Positions 34,380 through 51,112 are shown, counted from the stretch's first letter. The stretch is DNA of 64,000 nucleotides from Chlamydiales bacterium (GCA_965206695.1 CBDBKM010000011.1:32001-96000); one strand, 5' to 3'. Numbers and translations are program-made. The notes: generated by a model from the sequence alone, not told the origin.

Positions 34380-34745
34380 AACATGCACGTCTTGAAAAAC
34401 TTCCCGGGATGCTTCGATTAAGGCGATTTTTCTTTTAGAAAGACGAAGTGTATACTCTAATGCGTTTTCTAAGATAGGAAGAGCACTTTTGCCTTAACAT
34501 TTCGCAATATCCCTTTACGTCCACTTCCAATACCACGTACTTTCTACTTTTTATTTGCAGCATGAAAAAGCGCTTACGCGAAAAAAATAGTCAATTCATT
34601 AAATTGACGAATACTTAAACCTGTTATAGCTCTCATGGTTCGTTCTTCACAATTTAGCTCCTTTTAAAAGTCCTTCAATCATTTGCTTGTCTCTATATTT
34701 TTCTGAAAAACCTTATCAGAAACCACAAAAAATTTAAACCGCAAC
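34380..34745 (-). pseudogene. IS5/ISL2-like transposase 5' remnant
   Basis: MIEGLLK..EERTMRAITGLSI; homologous inverted copy at about 47012-47128. Confidence 0.5.
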
Positions 34746-34857
34746 AAGTCTACTGAAGCAAGGCTTATTCATCTCGAACCTATTTCAGCACAAATTCCAC
34801 AAGACCCTCTGCTGTTATTATTTTAGACAGAGCCGCGTGGCATATAACTCAATGCCT

Positions 34858-34943
34858 TCAAAGTTTTAATTTTTAGGGTTACCGATCAAGATGGGGGATA
34901 TCTTTCAGAATTTCTATTGGAAAAAGGATATGAGGTATCATGA
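34858..34943 (+). pseudogene. gmd: Tiny GDP-mannose 4,6-dehydratase N-terminal remnant
   Basis: [25 protein letters not shown] resembles the Gmd consensus [25 protein letters not shown]. Confidence 0.65.
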
Positions 34944-35240
34944 CACCTAACTCTTGCGCAATTTCTCTAAAATAGGCCTCCGGATATTTTGAAGGTGATG
35001 CCTTTTTTTAGGTGCTAAGATCTGCGCCTTTCTCAAGCAAGCCGGTTCTTCGATAAAGTGCGGGTGATAACTGAAAAAACGCTTGTTTTATTAAATCAAG
35101 TGAGTGTGTCATCCGGATATTTTACATGAAAAAAATGAACAATAAACTTTAAAACACTTTAAAGTATTCGTAAAAATTTACAGGCAATTTCGAATAACAA
35201 AAAAAAGCCCATCATATTGCTATGATGAGCATGAAAAAAA

Positions 35241-35357
35241 ACTTGGCAACGTCCTACTCTTCCACACTCTTGTGTGCAGTACCATCGGCGATGAAAGACT
35301 TAACTTCTGAGTTCGGGATGGAATCAGGTGTACCCCTTTCTCTATAATCACCAAGAA
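35241..35357 (-). rRNA. rrf: 5S rRNA
   Basis: CACCTGATTCCATCCCGAACTCAGAAGTTAAG, CGCCGATGGTACTG on the minus strand; ends approximate. Confidence 0.95.
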
Positions 35358-35479
35358 AAAATCGTTAGATAATACAATTATTATCAATAGTGAGTGCTTG
35401 AAGATATCGTATACCATTTTGGCTCTCATCATCATTGACATGATTAACATTACTGCTAAAAACGCCGATGAAGAAAAAA

Positions 35480-38435
<2,956 letters not shown>

Positions 38436-38684
38436 AAAAAATTAATTAAACCAAAAAAAGTATTCGATTAATATCCTCAAGCACCCACTATTAATAATAA
38501 TAATGGCTCATTTTTGTAAAATTGTATTATTTACGACTTTATTTTACTTGTTACTCAAAACTGTCAAAAGAACCAAACCTGTTGAAGACAGGTTACTGTT
38601 GCTTGAACAACATAAAAAGACCCACATATCAATTAGACACTTGCCCAACCTGGTTTCTTCAAATTAATGAAGAAACTGTCCTCT

Positions 38685-40228
<1,544 letters not shown>

Positions 40229-40794
40229 AAATAAACTTCGTTCGAAAGCAATTAATTGCTTTCATTCAAAACAAGTACCCGTTTATTGACATATGGATCT
40301 TTTTATATTGTCGAAACTTTCAAGATAGCCAGCAGATTCTCTTAATGATTATCCGGCTGATAAAAAATTGATAACAATGTAGCTTGCGCCTGATTATAAG
40401 GCAATATTTTTTTGCGTTTTTTTGAATTTTTCTTAAAAACTGTCTTTTTTTCCATGGCTTGATCTAAAAATAAAAAACAAACTTATACGTTATTCCAATC
40501 ACTACCAAGCTTCATTGAACTTTTCAATCACTCTACTTGTTATTTCATTTACTTTTGGCAGAGTCTCGGAAAGCACCAATATTGTGTTAGAGTATTGTTG
40601 ATTTTTAAATCTGATCCGCTGTGTGAGCGGTAGAGTGCCTGTGAAGTTGTAGATAATTCTTGAGCGTCGCCCAAAATGGGTGAGCAAAGACGGAAGCAGG
40701 AAAAAAGCGGTGAGTCAAACACGATGTTTGGCGAAATCATAACTCATGTTACGCAAAATGCAAATAGCATATAATTTTTTCAGCTCATGAAAGG

Positions 40795-40923
40795 TAGCCT
40801 GATTTGCTTTGATCAATAATTCATTTTTAGTGACATCGGATTTTCTTGTTTCCTTTTTGGTTTTGATATCACAAAAACGTACTGTTTTAGCTATGATTTC
40901 ATAGCCAACAGGAAAGGCTATAT
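40795..40923 (-). pseudogene. IS701-family transposase fragment (left, inverted)
   Basis: IAFPVGYEIIAKTVRFCDIKTKKETRKSDVTKNE on the minus strand. Confidence 0.7.
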
Positions 40924-41809
40924 TATAGTAATTTAACTTTACTTTTTCTCTAAAAATTTCTATTATATTTTCATGACTTATTCAAATGATTTAAGAAAAA
41001 AAGCATTAGACTATGTTGAAGAAACCGGCTCTAAGATAGAAGCAAGCCATATCTTTGGTATCACTGTCCGTACACTATTTAATTGGATTAAAAGAAAAAA
41101 ACAAGGATGTTTAGCACCTAATCGAAGCAGGAATAAGCGTCCTCATAAAATTAAAGAAGAACAACTAAAAGCTTATATTCAACAATATCCTGATGCTTAT
41201 TTAAGAGGAATTGCAGAGTTATTTAAAACAAGTATAACAGCTGTTTTTTATGCTTGTAAACGATACAGGATTATTTTAAAAAAAAGACACCCTTCTATAA
41301 GGAAAGAAATGAGGAAAAACGACAAATATTTATAAATAAGCTGCAGGAGATTCCTAAGAAGGATCGTGTCTACATGGATGAAATCTTTACCGTGATAAGG
41401 CGAGGGCTGTATCCGGCAGTCGATATCACAAGGAAAATTTTATAGCGGCACAAAATAGATCAAATATTTTAGCTCCATTTTGTTATACGGGAACTTGCAA
41501 TTCTGACTTATTTAATATGTGGTTGGAAAAAATATTACTACCGTTACTAAAACCGGGACAAGTTATTATTCTAGACAACGCTAGTTTTCATAAATCAAAG
41601 AAAAATTGTGAAATTATTCAGAAATACGGATGTAAGATGCTGTTTTTACCTCCGTATTCACCGGACTTAAATCCTATCGAAAATTTTTGGGCCAATTTAA
41701 AAAAAAGAGTAAAAGAAAGCATCAGCAAATTTGCCAACCCGGCAGAAGCAATTAATCAATCTTTTATAGAGGTCTCTATATAATGAAAATTTAAAATTAA
41801 ATTACTATA
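40924..41809 (+). mobile_element. IS630-D element, degenerate
   Basis: TIRs TATAGTAATTTAA / TTAAATTACTATA; ORFs 40973-41335 (MTYSNDLR) and 41517-41783 (DNASFH, PPYSPDLNPIE). Confidence 0.9.
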
Positions 41810-42260
41810 ATATAGCCTTTCCTGTTGGCTATGAAATCATAGCTAAAACAGTACGTTTTTATGATATTAAAACCAAAAAAGAGAAAAGAAAATCTACTTT
41901 AACTAAAAATTAAATGATTTCGGAGACAAATCAAGCAGGCTATCTATAAAAAACCGAGTACACTTTGATTATATCCTTGCAGATAATTGGTTTGGATCGA
42001 AAAACAATAGGGAGCTTATTCTATTATGAAACAGATAAGAAATTTATTTTAGGTATGAAGTCAAATAGACTAGTCGCTTTCTCAAAAAAGAGAAAGCAAA
42101 AAAGGTCAGTATCACAATCCGGAATCGCTTTATCTCAAAGAACGGAGAAAAAAAGATAGTTTGGCTTAAACATGTATATTTTCCTGTTGCTCTAATAAAA
42201 AAGTCTTCATAAACGAAGATGGTGCATTAGGAACCCTGTACCTTGTAAGCAACGGCTGAG
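41810..42260 (+). pseudogene. IS701-family transposase fragment (right)
   Basis: IAFPVGYEIIAKT, DNWFGSK, FILGMKSNRLVA, NEDGALGTLYLVSN in broken frames. Confidence 0.75.
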
Positions 42261-42507
42261 ACCTTAAGACCTTTGCATAACTTATTGATTTAGTCGTCGA
42301 TTTGTCAAAAATATAGTAGAGTTGTTCCGGATTTTACTAGTTTTAGTATTGGGGAAAGGGGTTATCTGAAAATAGTTTTTAATTAGAGAATGTTTTTCTA
42401 AACTTTATATTTGCTTTATAAATAGAGCTCCTTTACCTTTATAGTTTTTTATATAAAAGTTTATGTCGTTTCGAATGAAAGACATTAATTATAGGAGGCA
42501 TTGGATT

Positions 42508-42903
42508 ATGATAGCACAAGTTAACAGCGAAAATAAGGAACCAACTTGGGGGGCTTGGTTTAATGAACGATTGAACTGGGCCGGTGAAAAAGCCGGTGAC
42601 GCAACAGAATGGACTCGAGAGAATTTGAGGGCTGCATCAGAAAAAGCAGGGGGAATTTTTCATGATAGTAAAAAAGCTTTGGGAAAGACAATTGACCAGA
42701 TGGGAGATATTGAGCGTTACACGGTTATGCCTATAGGCGCTTTAACCTCAACTGTGATTCTCAAAAAAGGTATAGAAGATCTTTCTGCCGGTTATGCTGC
42801 TGCAGGACTATCAGAAATATTTATTGGAGCGTTAGCTGCTTGTGTTACTGCATGGGTGGGCATGGATTCTTATGGTAAATGGCACTATAAAACTGAGATA
42901 TAA
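42508..42903 (+). CDS. Hypothetical protein with C-terminal hydrophobic hairpin
   Basis: GGAGG RBS before ATG 42508; downstream inverted repeat at about 42928-42973. Confidence 0.7.
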   Translation: MIAQVNSENKEPTWGAWFNERLNWAGEKAGDATEWTRENLRAASEKAGGIFHDSKKALGKTIDQMGDIERYTVMPIGALTSTVILKKGIEDLSAGYAAAGLSEIFIGALAACVTAWVGMDSYGKWHYKTEI

Positions 42904-43046
42904 AAACGTTTCATTCTTTTAAGTGACATGGCTTAATTTTTTTAAAAACCCCGTAGGATAAAAAATTAAGTCATTTTTTTTGTGCTATAAAATATTTTCT
43001 TTATATAAACGCTAATATTTATTAATGGAAACTTAATGCTTGCATT

Positions 43047-44145
43047 GTATACCCCTTATGAATCAAAGTGCCGATTCTAAGACTTGAAAATGATCATTGA
43101 TTCGTTTCCTCATTGATTGAGCAATAGAGGGCCAAGTATTTTCAAAAAATCCGGTAATCGATCTCCGAAATTCTTTAGCAGAATTAAAAAACCGATTATT
43201 GCGACAGTATTCATTCATCACTTTCCATAATCGTTCAATGGGATTGAGGTTAGGACTGTAAGAAGGTAAATAATAGAGAATAATACCTTGTTTTTCTGCT
43301 TCTTGTTTGGTCTGAATACTTGTATTATAAGGGCCTTGATCTAAAATAAGATGGATATTTGGAGCTGAGGGGTATTTTGACCGTAGCAAAGCAAAATGCT
43401 TTGCCATGGTACCGCTATTTAATGTTTCATAAGCATCTATTGTTACCTTCATACTGTTTAAATTGATAGACCCCATAAGATTCATTCGAGTACGAGAAGC
43501 TGTTGTTGCAATCAATTTATCTGTTCCCGGTCGAATCCAACCATAAGAAATTTTAGTTGCCATAGTTGGATGTACACCATCAGCAAATTCAACAGGCTCA
43601 TTTTTAGGCAGAGATGCCATAAGCTTGGTGTAAAATTGCATCCAAGCTTTTTGTTGATCAGAATTTGCCTTAGCCGGTGTACCTTTAGGCTTTTTATAGG
43701 AAAAACCATGTGAGTGTAGCCAAGAAGTCATCCCTGAAATCGTATAAACAATGCCATATTTCGCGAGAACATAAGAACAGATATCTTCTACTTTGACATA
43801 GGTATGAGTTGTTAAATGTTTAATGAATTCTTCTGACTGTGGCGCAAGAAGTTTACTGACTGAACCACCGCTTTCTACATGCAATTGCTGTTTATTTTGA
43901 TATTCTTTAATGTGACGAGACACTGTTTCATCGTCTAAAAGCACAGCTTCAGCAATACGAGTATTACTCCAACCTTTATTCGACAATAGAACAGCCTTGA
44001 TACGATCTCGTATACGACCATTCTTTTCTCGTTTATGTTGCTGTCTGAGATGCTTTTCTTCTGATAGTGTTAAAAATGAATTCATACAAAATAATTTACA
44101 CTATACGAATACAAAATATCCGGAGTTTTATTCGTGATGAGTATA
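43047..44145 (-). mobile_element. IS630-family element with intact 340-aa transposase (43063-44085)
   Basis: FADGVHP, LDQGPY, YSPNLNPIERLWK; imperfect TIRs TATACTCATCACGAATAA / TATACCCCTTATGAATCA. Confidence 0.9.
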
Positions 44146-44482
44146 GTGTGTTCAAGTTCTTGAATAATTAGATGAACGAGATGGAAAATATTAACAATCG
44201 GAAAACACAGCTATCTCTAGCCATGGCCTTGTTATGATCATGCGTATAAGCTTTATCTCCAAAGACGGATGTTTCTAGAGTATAAATAAGACTAGCATCT
44301 ACTCATGTACCTTCGGTCATTAATAGCCTTATTTCGCTAATAAATTCTTGGTGTAATTAATTTTTTTTTGTTAGCTCACCTTGCTCTAAGAGATGCCGAA
44401 AATATAAAATCGTACTCTCATCCGGAACCTTATCAATACAGATATCGAAATCTAAAAATTTTTGAAAAGACAAACGGTCATA

Positions 44483-45420
44483 TATAGTATTTTAATTTTT
44501 ATTTAATAATATGTTATCCTTCTTTTTTTATACAAACAGTAAGGACAAAACAATGCCTAGAGCCTATTCAGTAGATCTTCGAGAGAAAGTATGACAACAT
44601 ATAGAAAAACATCATGATAAAAAAACAGCCGGCCATATTTTTCAAGTAGGTATCGCAACAATATATCGATGGATCTTGCAAAAAAAGCAAAAAGGACATT
44701 TAAAGCCAATCCGCAGAAAATATGCTTATAAGAAATTAGATGATGAGTTGTTATCTAAATATGTAGAAAAACATCCGGATTATTTCTTATCGGAAATTGC
44801 TGATTATTTTTCAGTCACTCCGCAAACGATTTTTTATGCCCTTAAAAGATTAAAAATTACACGAAAAAAAAACTACTCGCTATAAGGAAAGAGATGAAAA
44901 GAAACGGGAAGCTTTTATGAAAGATTTAAAAAATATTCCCTTTGACAAGAGAATTTATCTCGATGAAACCGGGATTCATCAATTTTTATTTCGTGAGCCC
45001 GGAAGAAGCTTACGCGGCAAAAAAGTTTTTGGAGCAGTTTCAGGAAACCGCTTTATAAGGCAAAATATTATTTCAGCCCTATCTAAAGGGCAGTTTTTAT
45101 CTCCAATGTGTTTTGAAGGTACTTGTAATACCGGGTTATTCAATATTTGGCTTAAGGAAGTTTTGACTCCTCAGCTTACACCCGGTAGTGTTCTTATTCT
45201 TGACAATGCCGGTTTTCACAAGTCAGCGGAAAGCAGGAAAACAGTAGAATCTGCCGGTTGTAAGCTTATGTTTCTTCCTCCCTATTCTCCGGACTTAAAT
45301 CCTATAGAAAAATATTGGGCTAATATGAAAAATAAAGTTAGAGAGATATTACGAAAAGTTACGAATTTTACATTCGCCATTGATCAAGCAATCTTATCAA
45401 TATAAAATTAAATGACTATA
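44483..45420 (+). mobile_element. IS630-A copy 4 (A9 tract, TTA>TGA nonsense near 44592)
   Basis: Same ends as other copies; orfA broken. Confidence 0.95.
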
Positions 45421-45840
45421 TAGCATCTTACCATTCCGGGATCGCTTAATTGGTACCACTGCTGTAGGCAATAGATTGTAATCGTTAATTTTAAAGGGAA
45501 GGGTTTCTCCTCAGCTTACACCCGGTAGTGTTCTTATTCTTGACAATGCCGGTTTTCACAAGTCAGCGGAAAGCAGGAAAACAGTAGAATCTGCCGGTTG
45601 TAAGCTTATGTTTCTTCCTCCATATTCTCCGGACTTAAATCCTATAGAAAAATATTGGGCTAATATGAAAAATAAAGTTAGAGAGATATTACGAAAAGTT
45701 ACGAATTTTAAATTCGCCATTGATCAAGCAATATTATCAATGTAAAATTAAATGACTATAGAGAGATATTACGAAAAGTTACGAATTTTACATTCGCCAT
45801 TGATCAAGCAATCTTATCAATATAAAATTAAATGACTATA
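45421..45840 (+). repeat. Tandem partial duplications of the IS5 flank and the IS630-A right end
   Basis: 45421-45507 repeats 45841-45927; about 45508-45760 and 45761-45840 repeat the IS630-A 3' end. Confidence 0.85.
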
Positions 45841-46501
45841 TAGCATCTTACCATTCCGGGATCGCTTAATTGGTACCACTGCTGTAGGCAATAGATTGTA
45901 ATCGTTAATTTTAAAGGGAAGGGTTTCCTTCCCATTTTATTATGGTAATCATAAGGTTGAATGAGACTCTCACATGTCTTCCAATCAATAACCTTATTCA
46001 TTTCATTTAAAAATTTTTCCGATCTCAGTATTTTTTTACGCATAGAAAAAGATAGAAGACTTAAATAGACATGGTTAAACTTTTTAAAAAAAGACTTTAA
46101 CCTATCAAGCTATTTTTAAGCACTTAATTCAGATGGTCCTTTAAATATGTCTAGCTCTATCTTTTACCCTATTAGCCGGATTTTAATGGAAAAAGGTTTC
46201 AACTATTGGTGCCTATTGTAGCATAATTTAAGGAGTGATATGAAGGATTAGCACTTACCTTTTTGGGAGGACAGGAGGTTATCAATGCTATTGGATTATT
46301 GATAGTCTCTCCCTAACCTTCGCGTCAGAAATTTTAGGCTCTATTGTATTTCCCAACAGAGCATCATTATCATTTTAAGGAGAAAACTTTGATTCCAATC
46401 ATACCATTTGAACAATAACCGTTTTCTATTATTCCTTTTTCTCATCAAAGAGATGAAACTTTTATTGAAGAGTATTCTTGCAATAACGAAACCTAACTGA
46501 T

Positions 46502-46873
46502 TTAATTACTTTCTAAAGGATACCCTATTCCCCTCCAAGCTCTGATTCCCCCATCCATTGACTTCACATTTACATAACCCATTTTTTGTAACTCATCGGC
46601 AGCTAAGGCTGAACGAAAGCCTCCCCCGCAATATAAAACTATTTCAGCTTGTTTATCTTCTATGGTATCCCCTATATCACGTTCTAAGATCCCTCTAGAA
46701 AGATGAATCGCATTAGGAATATTTCCTTCATCCCATTCTTCTGTTTCGCGTACGTCAACTAAATAAAAAGCTTCCTTTTTATCTAAAAAATGCTTCACAT
46801 CATGGATACTAACTTCTTTTATTCGTGTTTTGGCATCCATAACAAGACGCACAAATTCTTGATGATGAGACAT
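46502..46873 (-). CDS. Rhodanese-like sulfurtransferase (likely start MSHHQEF)
   Basis: LVDVRE, IPNAIH, YCGGGFRS, MDGGIRAW. Confidence 0.92.
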   Translation of the reverse strand: MSHHQEFVRLVMDAKTRIKEVSIHDVKHFLDKKEAFYLVDVRETEEWDEGNIPNAIHLSRGILERDIGDTIEDKQAEIVLYCGGGFRSALAADELQKMGYVNVKSMDGGIRAWRGIGYPLESN

Positions 46874-47650
46874 GGTATTTTTCCTTCTTTTTAAATTTAA
46901 TTTAAAAAGAACAAAATAAATCATTTCTTTATTTTGTTCTTTAACTAAATGCATCCCGGCAATCGCAACGGAAGCTTGATCCGCTAAAAAACGAAATAAA
47001 TATTCGACCGGTTGCGATTTAAATCTTTAGTGGTTTCTGATAAGTTTGTTCGGAAAAATATAGAGACGGGTAGATGATTGAAGGACTTTTAAAACGAGCT
47101 AAACGTGAAGAACGACCTATGAGAGCTAATGTTGTTTTTCATGATGATGATGTATCATGCACGAATGACTGACTCAGTTGATTTTTAAAAAAAAGCTCTC
47201 AAATATCTCGATAAGGTTGGAGACCGAAAAAGGACTTGTTTCAATCTACTTAGCCGAACTCGTACAATAACCTTTTATCTGCATAAATGGCTCCTTGAGC
47301 AGGACACATATATTCCAAGCCTTGACGGGCTTTATGCGGTTCAATAAAGATATTCAGTGAATACGCTTTTTATGACAATTAAACGAGAAAACCCACCTTT
47401 TTAAGGGTGGGATGAAAGTGTCTATTTGTTTTTTTGATTCTGTATATACTTTCTGATTGTATATTCATTTAATTTTCCAACACTATCAACATAATAAGAC
47501 CGTGTCCACAGTGTGGGTAACCTAGATCTTAAGCTTGAAAATTCTTGCCTTAATATTCGGCTTGTATATCCCTTAAGTTGTCCTATGAAAAATTGTGGCG
47601 AATATATAGGCTTGGTATTTAAAAAAATATGTACGTGATCAGGCATAATA

Positions 47651-49704
47651 TGTCTTTTCAACTATGAAGTGCAACAAACTTGTACTCTATTATAGCACAA
47701 ATTCTTCGGATTGAGAACCTCTATAGGTGTTTTAAAATTCAAACTTTTTCCGGGTCTTTCATTAAGCAGTTTTTCTATCTCTTTTACATCCTCTTGTGTC
47801 ACATTATTAAAGTTTGTTTTCTTAGGCAAATACTGTCTAACTAACCCATTCGTATGTTCATTCAACCCTCTTTCCCGGGAATGATAGGGTTTAGCAAAAT
47901 AAAACTCTGCTTTGAGTGTTGAACTTACTTCTTGATGCCGAGAAAACTCTAAACCATTATCTGCTGTTAATGTGTGAACTCTATCTTTAACAGGCTTTAT
48001 AGTCATTTAATTTTATATTGATAAGATTGCTTGATCAATGGCGAATGTAAAATTCGTAACTTTTCGTAATATCTCTCTAACTTTATTTTTCATATTAGCC
48101 CAATATTTTTCTATAGGATTTAAGTCCGGAGAATATGGAGGAAGAAACATAAGCTTACAACCGGCAGATTCTACTATTTTCCTGCTTTCCGCTGACTTGT
48201 GAAAACCGGCATTGTCAAGAATAAGAACACTACCGGGTGTAAGCTGAGGAGTCAAAACTTCCTTAAGCCAAATATTGAATAACCCGGTATTACAAGTACC
48301 TTCAAAACACATTGGAGATAAAAACTGCCCTTTAGATAGGGCTGAAATAATATTTTGCCTTATAAAGCGGTTTCCTGAAACCGCTCCAAAAACTTTTTTG
48401 CCGCGTAAGGTTCTTCCGGACTCACGAAATAAAAATTGATGAATCCCGGTTTCATCGAGATAAATTCTCTTGTCAAAGGGAATATTTTTTAAATCTTTCA
48501 TAAAAGCTTCCCGTTTCTTTTCATCTCTTTCCTTATAGCGAGTAGTTTTTTTTTTCGTGTAATTTTTAATCTTTTAAGGGCATAAAAAATCGTTTGCGGA
48601 GTGACTGAAAAATAATCAGCAATTTCCGATAAAAAATAATCCGGATGTTTTTCTACATATTTAGATAACAACTCATCATCTAATTTCTTATAAGCATATT
48701 TTCTGCGGATTGGCTTTAAATGTCCTTTTTGCTTTTTTTGCAAGATCCATCGATATATTGTTGCGATACCTACTTGAAAAATATGGCCGGCTGTTTTTTT
48801 ATCATGATGTTTTTCTATATGTTGTAATACTTTCTCTCGGAGATCTACTGAATAGGCTCTAGGCATTGTTTTGTCCTTACTGGTTGTATAAAAAAAGAAG
48901 GATAACATATTATCAAATAAAAATTAAAATACTATAAACAGGTAATTAAAGCATCGGCAACACCGAGGGCTTGTTTAGACTTTACCTTCATAAGCATCGT
49001 ATATTTAGAAGCACGATCAACAATAGAAACAATCACTCCTTGATGATTTTTGCCTATTATCGTATCTAATTCAAAATCTCCTATTCTTGTTTTTTCATCG
49101 ACAATACAAGGTCTTTTATCAATATCGACTCTATTGGGAATACAGCCTCGGCCTGCTTTATCTGAACCTCGCTTTTTATACTTCTTACCTTTGTGTCTTA
49201 AATTTTTATATAAATTGCCCCAATTTCGTTTATCTTTCCAAATATGACGATAAATACTTTCGTGGCTGATAAGCAGGCCTTCTTCTTCTTTCAATCGACC
49301 GGATATTTGAACAGGACTCCATTGAAGCAGTAATTTACTTTCTATCTTCATAAGTAGTTCAGGGGTCATTTTCTTTGTTTTACTGCTCGCTTTTGAACGC
49401 CTTCTTTTAGTTTTGATTTGTGCTGCAAAATAGATATATCTGCCTTCATAGCTATTTCTTTTTAACTCTCGATAAACAGTAGTTTTATTAACATTTAATT
49501 CCTGCGAAATAGAATCAACAGAATCTCCTCTTTTTTTTAAAGTACATATTTGGCACCTTTGTTCGTAGGTTAAATGCCGGTAGCCTTTAGGCATAAAAAA
49601 TCCCTCCATAGTTTTTTTTTGCAAAAATTTACTATAGAGATTTTGCCGGCATTTGGCCATTTTCAAATTCTTCCTATTTGTTGCACTTCAATGTTGAAAG
49701 GGCG
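47651..49704 (-). mobile_element. IS30-family element interrupted by IS630-A
   Basis: TIRs TGTCTTTTCAACTATGAAGTGCAACAAA / CGCCCTTTCAACATTGAAGTGCAACAAA, 3-bp ATA duplication; WSPVQIS, GDFELDT, TADNGLEF, RGLNEHTNGLVRQY. Confidence 0.93.
47998..48936 (-). mobile_element. IS630-A copy 5 (A10 tract)
   Basis: Same ends and ORFs as copy 1. Confidence 0.95.
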
Positions 49705-49903
49705 ATATTCAGTTCGTTAATCTCTATATTTAGTTGTAGAGCTTTTAATTCTAATAATTCCTTTAAACGAACAACAATATCACCTTCAAGAACCTTTCTC
49801 CTATATTTAGGACACCAAATAACATGGTAACTAAGGTTAAAAACTGCTGTTTTAGAGATTTTCCATCTTTCCGGATAGACAATATATATGTACCGGACAT
49901 ATA

Positions 49904-51007
49904 ATGCAATACATGATGATCAAAAAAGCATATAAATTTAGATTCTATCCAACGAAAAAACAAAAGGAGTTGCTTGCAAAAAGCTTTGGATGTTCTAGAG
50001 TTGTATATAATCAAGCTTTAAATTTTAAGATCAAGAAATATCAGGAATACAAAGAGAATGTAAGTTATTCTAAAACATCGGCATTCTTGACAAGTCTTAA
50101 GCAAAACAAAGAGTTTCGTTGGTTAAACGAAGTTTCTTCTGTTTGTCTGCAACAAAGTCTTAGAGATCTTGATAGAGCTTTTTTAAACTTTTTTAAAAAA
50201 AGGTCAAATTTCCCTCGCTTTAAAAACAAACACAGTACGCAGGCAATACGATTAACTAAGTCAGCATTTAGTTGGGATGGGGTTAATCTTAAGATTGCAA
50301 AATCTAAAGATAGATTAAAAATACATTGGTCAAGGTGTTTTTTAGGTACACCAACAGGTATAACAATCACAAAAGACTCTTGTGACAGGTATTTTGTGAG
50401 CCTATTAGTAGAAGAAGAAGTGATCCCTTTTGAGAAGAGAAATAATTCTGTCGGTATAGATTTAGGATTAACGACATTCGCAACTCTTTCTACAGGGAAA
50501 AAGATTACGGCACCTAAACCTTTTAGATTTCATAAGAAAAGACTAAAAAGAAAACAACGTTCTCTTAGCAAAGCTAAAGTCAAAGGTAAAAACAGACTCA
50601 AAAAAAGAAGATCGGTGGCTTCGATACATTCGAAGATAAAAAATATAAGGCAGGACTTTCATCATAAACTTTCTACAAAGTTGGCTCGTGAAAACCAAAC
50701 GATCACGATAGAAGGGTTAAATATTAATAAGATGTTAAAAAATAAAAAACTTTCCAAGCATATATCGGATGCAGGATGGAGCCGGTTTTTAACATTTTTA
50801 AAGTATAAGTGTGAATGGTACGGAAGAAATATAGTGGAATTAGATCAATTTTTTGCTAGTTCAAAACTATGCTCTGCCTGCCGGTACCAAATAGAAATTT
50901 TAGATTTAAGTGTGAGAAGTTGGCAGTGTCCAAACTGCAAAGTAACACAAGATAGAGATCTTAATGCATCTATTAATCTCGATACCGCAGGGCAGTCGGT
51001 AATTTAA
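49904..51007 (+). CDS. tnpB: RNA-guided endonuclease TnpB
   Basis: KAYKFRFYP HTH, GIDLG (RuvC-I D), IEGL (RuvC-II E), CSAC..CPNC zinc finger, DRDLNAS (RuvC-III D). Confidence 0.96.
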   Translation: MQYMMIKKAYKFRFYPTKKQKELLAKSFGCSRVVYNQALNFKIKKYQEYKENVSYSKTSAFLTSLKQNKEFRWLNEVSSVCLQQSLRDLDRAFLNFFKKRSNFPRFKNKHSTQAIRLTKSAFSWDGVNLKIAKSKDRLKIHWSRCFLGTPTGITITKDSCDRYFVSLLVEEEVIPFEKRNNSVGIDLGLTTFATLSTGKKITAPKPFRFHKKRLKRKQRSLSKAKVKGKNRLKKRRSVASIHSKIKNIRQDFHHKLSTKLARENQTITIEGLNINKMLKNKKLSKHISDAGWSRFLTFLKYKCEWYGRNIVELDQFFASSKLCSACRYQIEILDLSVRSWQCPNCKVTQDRDLNASINLDTAGQSVI

Positions 51008-51112
51008 GCCTTTGGAGATCATGTTAGACTAGCTTGTTTGTTAGCAGTGGTCGATGAATTAGGAATCCCTTCCCTTTAGGGTTGGGAGCTGTCAATTAGC
51101 ATTCAATATTTT
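50930..51112 (+). ncRNA. Predicted TnpB omega/reRNA scaffold plus flank-derived guide
   Basis: Inferred from known TnpB biology (tnpB 3' end through RE plus about 16 nt of flank); 5' boundary is a guess. Confidence 0.55.

Larger units (their letters stand above)
44150..46140 (-). pseudogene. IS5-group transposase remnant split by IS630-A
   Basis: GRKPFPL..LQQWYQLSDP|YDRLSFQKFL..VPDESTILYFRHLLE; halves flank IS630-A copy 4. Confidence 0.85.
47422..49875 (-). pseudogene. tnpA: IS200 Y1 transposase interrupted by IS30
   Basis: YHVIWCPKYRRKVL..ELNI (49875-49705) continues as IMPDHVHIF..LWTRSYY..YIQNQ (47650-47422); HUH motif and catalytic Y present. Confidence 0.92.
47374..51095 (+). mobile_element. 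IS605-group element (divergent tnpA/tnpB) with nested IS30 and IS630-A
   Basis: LE after TTTAT with AAAA + hairpin CCCACC-N8-GGTGGG; RE GAAT + hairpin CCCTTCCCT-TT-AGGGTTGGG ending TCAA. Confidence 0.9.

Noticed and set aside
40502..40790. Short minus-strand ORFs upstream of rrn
   Set aside because: No recognisable motif; probably an IS remnant adjoining the IS701 fragment
46145..47360. Coding-like debris around the rhodanese gene (46145-46450, 47130-47360)
   Set aside because: Too degraded to assign a family; probably transporter or IS remnants
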